Positions 47,059 through 50,057 of a DNA stretch of 50,057 nt are shown one piece after another. The notes beneath the pieces were generated by a model that saw only the letters and a list, made by a program, of their open reading frames with translations, had not been told where the DNA came from and made no database searches. The stretch comes from Methanothrix sp. (GTDB lineage Archaea > Halobacteriota > Methanosarcinia > Methanotrichales > Methanotrichaceae). The stretch is taken from NCBI GenBank assembly GCA_030611205.1, contig JAUWQF010000001.1, positions 1-50,057 on the forward strand, given 5' to 3'. Both the position numbers and the translations under genes were made by a program. The number at the start of each line of letters is the position of its first letter. The first letter of the stretch is position 1.

Positions 47059-48357
47059 CTATTTCATATACTCCCTCAGAACCACGGTGGCGTAAGACCC
47101 AGGAGGCAGGGTGAAACCTAGCAGGGCCGAACCCTCGACCACCTGGACCTGGGGATCTAACTTCAGGAGCGCGGGCCGCCGGACTCCTTTCGAGCCCAAC
47201 CCAGGGTTCGCCGCCACCCTGAAGCCCTCGAGGCCCATGCCCTCCTCCTCCTCCTCCTCCTCGAGCACCGCTCTCTCAATCCGGCCTGGGTCGTCCTCCG
47301 CGAACTGGGATTCGTAGCCGAATAGAGGCAGAGTGACGTAGGCTCGGCCCCGGCTGGCCAGGCGGTTGACCGCATCCAGGTTGTTCCGATCTACATGCTG
47401 GGTACGGGACGGGTTCGGGATGCCTTCCTTGAGGTAACATACTACGTCTCCTTCTACCGCCCTGTCGAGGGGGAGGCCACGTTCCATCCTCCGGCTCAGG
47501 ACCATGTTGAAGAGGTAAGACTGGTAGGCATGAACGAAGAGACGCTTCAAGTTGGTGGACAGGACATCGAAGGATGATGCGTACTCGCCGCGATGTTCTA
47601 CCAGGTGGTTGAGGATGGCCCGCTCGTAACGGAGGTGGTGAGGATACTCTCTCAGCGCCCGGGTCAGGTCCTCTGTCTCCTGCAGGTCCGACCTGGCCTC
47701 TCTGGTCGCCTCGGGCTCGCCGGGAAAAGGCATGGTCAGGTAGATGAAGACCGCCTCCTTCGGGTCGCCTTTAACCAAAGCTTCGCCCACCAGATGAGTT
47801 ACCGGCCGGACCTCACCGAAGCGCTGGACGCCGAAGTAGTTGGGCAAGCCTCCAAGACCTTCGACTTCCGCTGTGATCCTGTCCAGACGCCGGATAGCCT
47901 CTTTTTGCCCGACTTCCAGATCCCTGATCCTGACCTGGAACCGATTTCCAGATAGATCGCCCAGGGCAACGGACCTGTTGGACCTGCCCAATACTTTTAT
48001 GTCGACCCCGGGGAGCGAGACCCGCTCAAGTTCTTTCTCGTCCAGGTTTATGATGCTCATCCTCTGCCTGGTGATGGCTCTCTTGTCCTTGGTACCGGCC
48101 CACCCGAACCGTTTCTGGCTGATCTTCAACCGGCGAGATAGATCCCGGATGAGATGGTGGGTATCCCAGTTCTTTTTCTCTACTGTCACCACCAGGTAGC
48201 GTCCGCCTTCGTAACGGCGCTCTTCCCAGAGTTCCTCCACCAAAAAGTCCTCCGGGTGCTGGCGGAGTTTCCCCCCGCATCCTGGTGAGTCGGTGGCGTA
48301 GTACTTCACCCCGATAGATAGATCAGGCTCTTGGGCTGCGATCATTTTTTCCTCCAA
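47059..48357 (-). CDS. truD: tRNA pseudouridine synthase TruD/Pus7 family
   Basis: GGKLRQHPEDFLVEE, GTKDKRA and NYFGVQRFG motifs. Contains an E7 run. Confidence 0.9.
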   Translation of the reverse strand: MEEKMIAAQEPDLSIGVKYYATDSPGCGGKLRQHPEDFLVEELWEERRYEGGRYLVVTVEKKNWDTHHLIRDLSRRLKISQKRFGWAGTKDKRAITRQRMSIINLDEKELERVSLPGVDIKVLGRSNRSVALGDLSGNRFQVRIRDLEVGQKEAIRRLDRITAEVEGLGGLPNYFGVQRFGEVRPVTHLVGEALVKGDPKEAVFIYLTMPFPGEPEATREARSDLQETEDLTRALREYPHHLRYERAILNHLVEHRGEYASSFDVLSTNLKRLFVHAYQSYLFNMVLSRRMERGLPLDRAVEGDVVCYLKEGIPNPSRTQHVDRNNLDAVNRLASRGRAYVTLPLFGYESQFAEDDPGRIERAVLEEEEEEEGMGLEGFRVAANPGLGSKGVRRPALLKLDPQVQVVEGSALLGFTLPPGSYATVVLREYMK

Positions 48358-48377
48358 TTGTCCACGGGATCGACGTC

Positions 48378-48722
48378 TCAGAGCAACTTCAGGTCGCTGG
48401 TTACCTTGTCCAGCACCTTTGCAGGAGCAGGCCCCATGCCCAGGGCAGTTATAGTTCCCGGCGGTATCTCGGTCAGGCCGGCATCGATCACTACGGCGCA
48501 GGGCACACCTGCCCCCTCCGCCTCTGCTCTGAGCCTGAACATATCCTTCAGTTCGGGAACCTTAAGCACGATCTTCCTCTGACCCTCTGCTTTCCAGGCT
48601 TTGATCGTCTTCTTGTCGGCGTGTTCCAGGGCGAGGATCGCGGCGTGGGCGGTCTGTACCGCCAGCTTGCCCGGCGATAGTTTCAGATCTTCGCGGATCA
48701 CGATACACTGCTTGAACTCCAT
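48378..48722 (-). CDS. pth2: Peptidyl-tRNA hydrolase, archaeal Pth2 type
   Basis: KQCIVIREDLKLSPGKLAVQTAHAA and DAGLTEIPPGTITALGMGP. Confidence 0.92.
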   Translation of the reverse strand: MEFKQCIVIREDLKLSPGKLAVQTAHAAILALEHADKKTIKAWKAEGQRKIVLKVPELKDMFRLRAEAEGAGVPCAVVIDAGLTEIPPGTITALGMGPAPAKVLDKVTSDLKLL

Positions 48723-48877
48723 GGTTTTAGATTGGACCGACCACAGATAAAGGCGTCACCGATACAGGACGGATAGAAAACATCAACCAAACTCCGGTTT
48801 TTCCGTCTTCGGCACCTTCTCTCGGCCCTCCCTCAAGCCGATGCCAGGAAGCGCCCCCGGGTGGCGAGTACCGCCAC

Positions 48878-49432
48878 TCATCTCATCTTTCGCAGCGCCC
48901 GGTTGACCTCGTCCAGATCGAAATACTCCGGGTCGAAGTCCTCGTCAACCCACTCCAGATAGTCTTCGTGCTCCGGGTGGTCAGGGTCTTGGATGGCCTC
49001 CAGAAAGTCGGCGTAGCCCCACGGGCCTCCCACGTCTTCGGGCGGGCAGCCCCGCTTCCCCTTCAGACAGACGGGGTAACGCTTTCCCGGATCCATGGGC
49101 AGAATCTTCTCCACCAGGATCTCATGTATCCAGCCGTCGCCGAAATCGTACTCGTAGAGAAAACGCTGCTTCTCGCTCGATATCACCTGGCGCAGCCTTA
49201 TCCTTCTCTCGTCCTCATCGGTGGTGGTGCCGGAAAGCTCGGGTTCGCGAAAACCAGCCCCACCGGTATCGAAGGTGTGAAGATGGTAACCGTCCCATTC
49301 CATAACCTCCTGTATTGTCCTGTGTAACTCACCAAGGGTGATCGTCCCGGTCACCTGGATGCGACGCCAGATGGGGGGCCTGATGCCCTTGAGGGTTATC
49401 TTCAGCTGATATACGTTGAGTTCCTTGACCAT
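48878..49432 (-). CDS. pRiA4b ORF-3-like family protein (PF07929-like; IS-passenger type)
   Basis: YQLKITLKGIRPPIWRRIQV..TLGELHRTIQEVMEWDGYHLHTFD..YEYDFGDGWIHEI..CPPEDVGGPWGY. Confidence 0.8.
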   Translation of the reverse strand: MVKELNVYQLKITLKGIRPPIWRRIQVTGTITLGELHRTIQEVMEWDGYHLHTFDTGGAGFREPELSGTTTDEDERRIRLRQVISSEKQRFLYEYDFGDGWIHEILVEKILPMDPGKRYPVCLKGKRGCPPEDVGGPWGYADFLEAIQDPDHPEHEDYLEWVDEDFDPEYFDLDEVNRALRKMR

Positions 49433-49495
49433 GACATCATCCCCGCGGTCGGGTTTTCCCGTTGTTGATACCTTATTTCAGCCTCCTGCCGCCGG

Positions 49496-49806
49496 TCATC
49501 TCATCTTTCGCAATGCTTCGTTGACCTCGTCCAGGTTGAAGGCCTCCTGTTCAGCCTCCGCCGCCTCTCGTCTTCCTGACCGAGTTCATTGGGAACGGGG
49601 TCGCCAGGGAGGGGGTTGGTGTAACTGATCCCATCGATCTCAAACTGGTGGAGATGGTAATCATCCCACCCAATGACCACCTGCAGTACGTTGTGCAGCT
49701 TGAGGAGGGTGATTGCGCCCTTCACCTGGATGCGGCGCCAGATGGGCGGGCTGATTATCCATGAGGGTTACCTTGAGCTGGTAGACCGTCCCGGCAGAGG
49801 GATCAT
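49496..49806 (-). pseudogene. Decayed tandem paralog of the pRiA4b ORF-3-like gene (frameshift plus internal deletion)
   Basis: VYQLKVTL, then a shifted frame reading ISPPIWRRIQVKGAITLLKLHNVLQVVIGWDDYHLHQFEIDG. It then jumps to the C-terminal ..AFNLDEVNEALRKMR* in another frame. Confidence 0.7.
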
Positions 49807-49914
49807 ATTTTGTCATAATATTGTATAATCCCGCTCGGAGTTTATAACGTTTTTTGGTAACTATTCAGCCCACCATGGCCATAAAACGCATTTCCATCCG
49901 GGATGCACCCACAA

Positions 49915-50057
49915 TTAGGGTTCAGTTAAAGAGGCGGCTGAAGGAGGCACATAGGGCTTTCCCTCAAACGCACCTTGAATAGCATCGAGAACCGGAACGG
50001 AGTTCTTCCTGGCGGTAGAGATGTATCCCCTGATGCGACAGAACGAATCCGCACCCG
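49915..50057 (-). CDS. IS66-family transposase, C-terminal end only (partial; continues beyond the window)
   Basis: It translates to ..ADSFCRIRGYISTARKNSVPVLDAIQGAFEGKPYVPP..*, the conserved IS66 C-terminal block. Confidence 0.6.
   Translation of the reverse strand, partial: GADSFCRIRGYISTARKNSVPVLDAIQGAFEGKPYVPPSAASLTEP

Overview
High-GC archaeal chromosome segment from a methanogen or ANME-type organism (Methanosarcinales-like; this is an inference). About 50 genes are packed on both strands.

Core content:
- A methyl-coenzyme M reductase operon in the order mcrB-mcrD-mcrG-mcrA, with no mcrC (12.6-16.9 kb).
- Mmp10 overlapping a second B12-radical SAM gene (2.7-5.2 kb).
- smc-scpA-scpB (6.7-12.0 kb).
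- hisS, the PolD small subunit, signal peptidase I, fibrillarin and nikR.
- An archease-rtcB-trmJ operon.
- A PLP-type arginine decarboxylase (speA).
- A pth2-truD-(TiaS-like)-(IorA-like) cluster.

Three accessory or mobile patches stand out:
1. Left edge (1-2.5 kb): 64-bp tandem repeats, a decayed GxxExxY gene, and a start/stop-abutting ABC-type ATPase plus PIN-like nuclease pair. This pair looks like an unnamed two-gene defence module.
2. An AT-rich island at about 29.9-36 kb. It carries a stand-alone OLD-family ATPase/TOPRIM nuclease, hicB-hicA, a 191-aa orphan membrane protein, a 1.24-kb IS1-family element with terminal inverted repeats, a second IS1 3' remnant, and an IS200/IS605 tnpA with an in-frame TAG.
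   - Every minus-strand gene or operon in this island is followed by a copy of one hairpin element family (A-D). The stems show compensatory changes, giving a cassette-like layout.
   - Both IS1 copies carry an identical 48-nt, in-frame, stop-containing double hairpin inside a conserved transposase motif.
3. Right edge (48.9-50.06 kb): tandem pRiA4b-ORF3-family paralogs (one decayed) and the 3' end of an IS66-family transposase.

Separately, a ~70-nt element with two hairpins occurs twice, at 12.47-12.55 kb and 37.58-37.66 kb. It has three structure-preserving substitutions and a GNRA-capped stem, and looks like a structured RNA.

I could not support any rRNA, tRNA or CRISPR array. All calls rest on motif recognition by eye. 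No database search was run.
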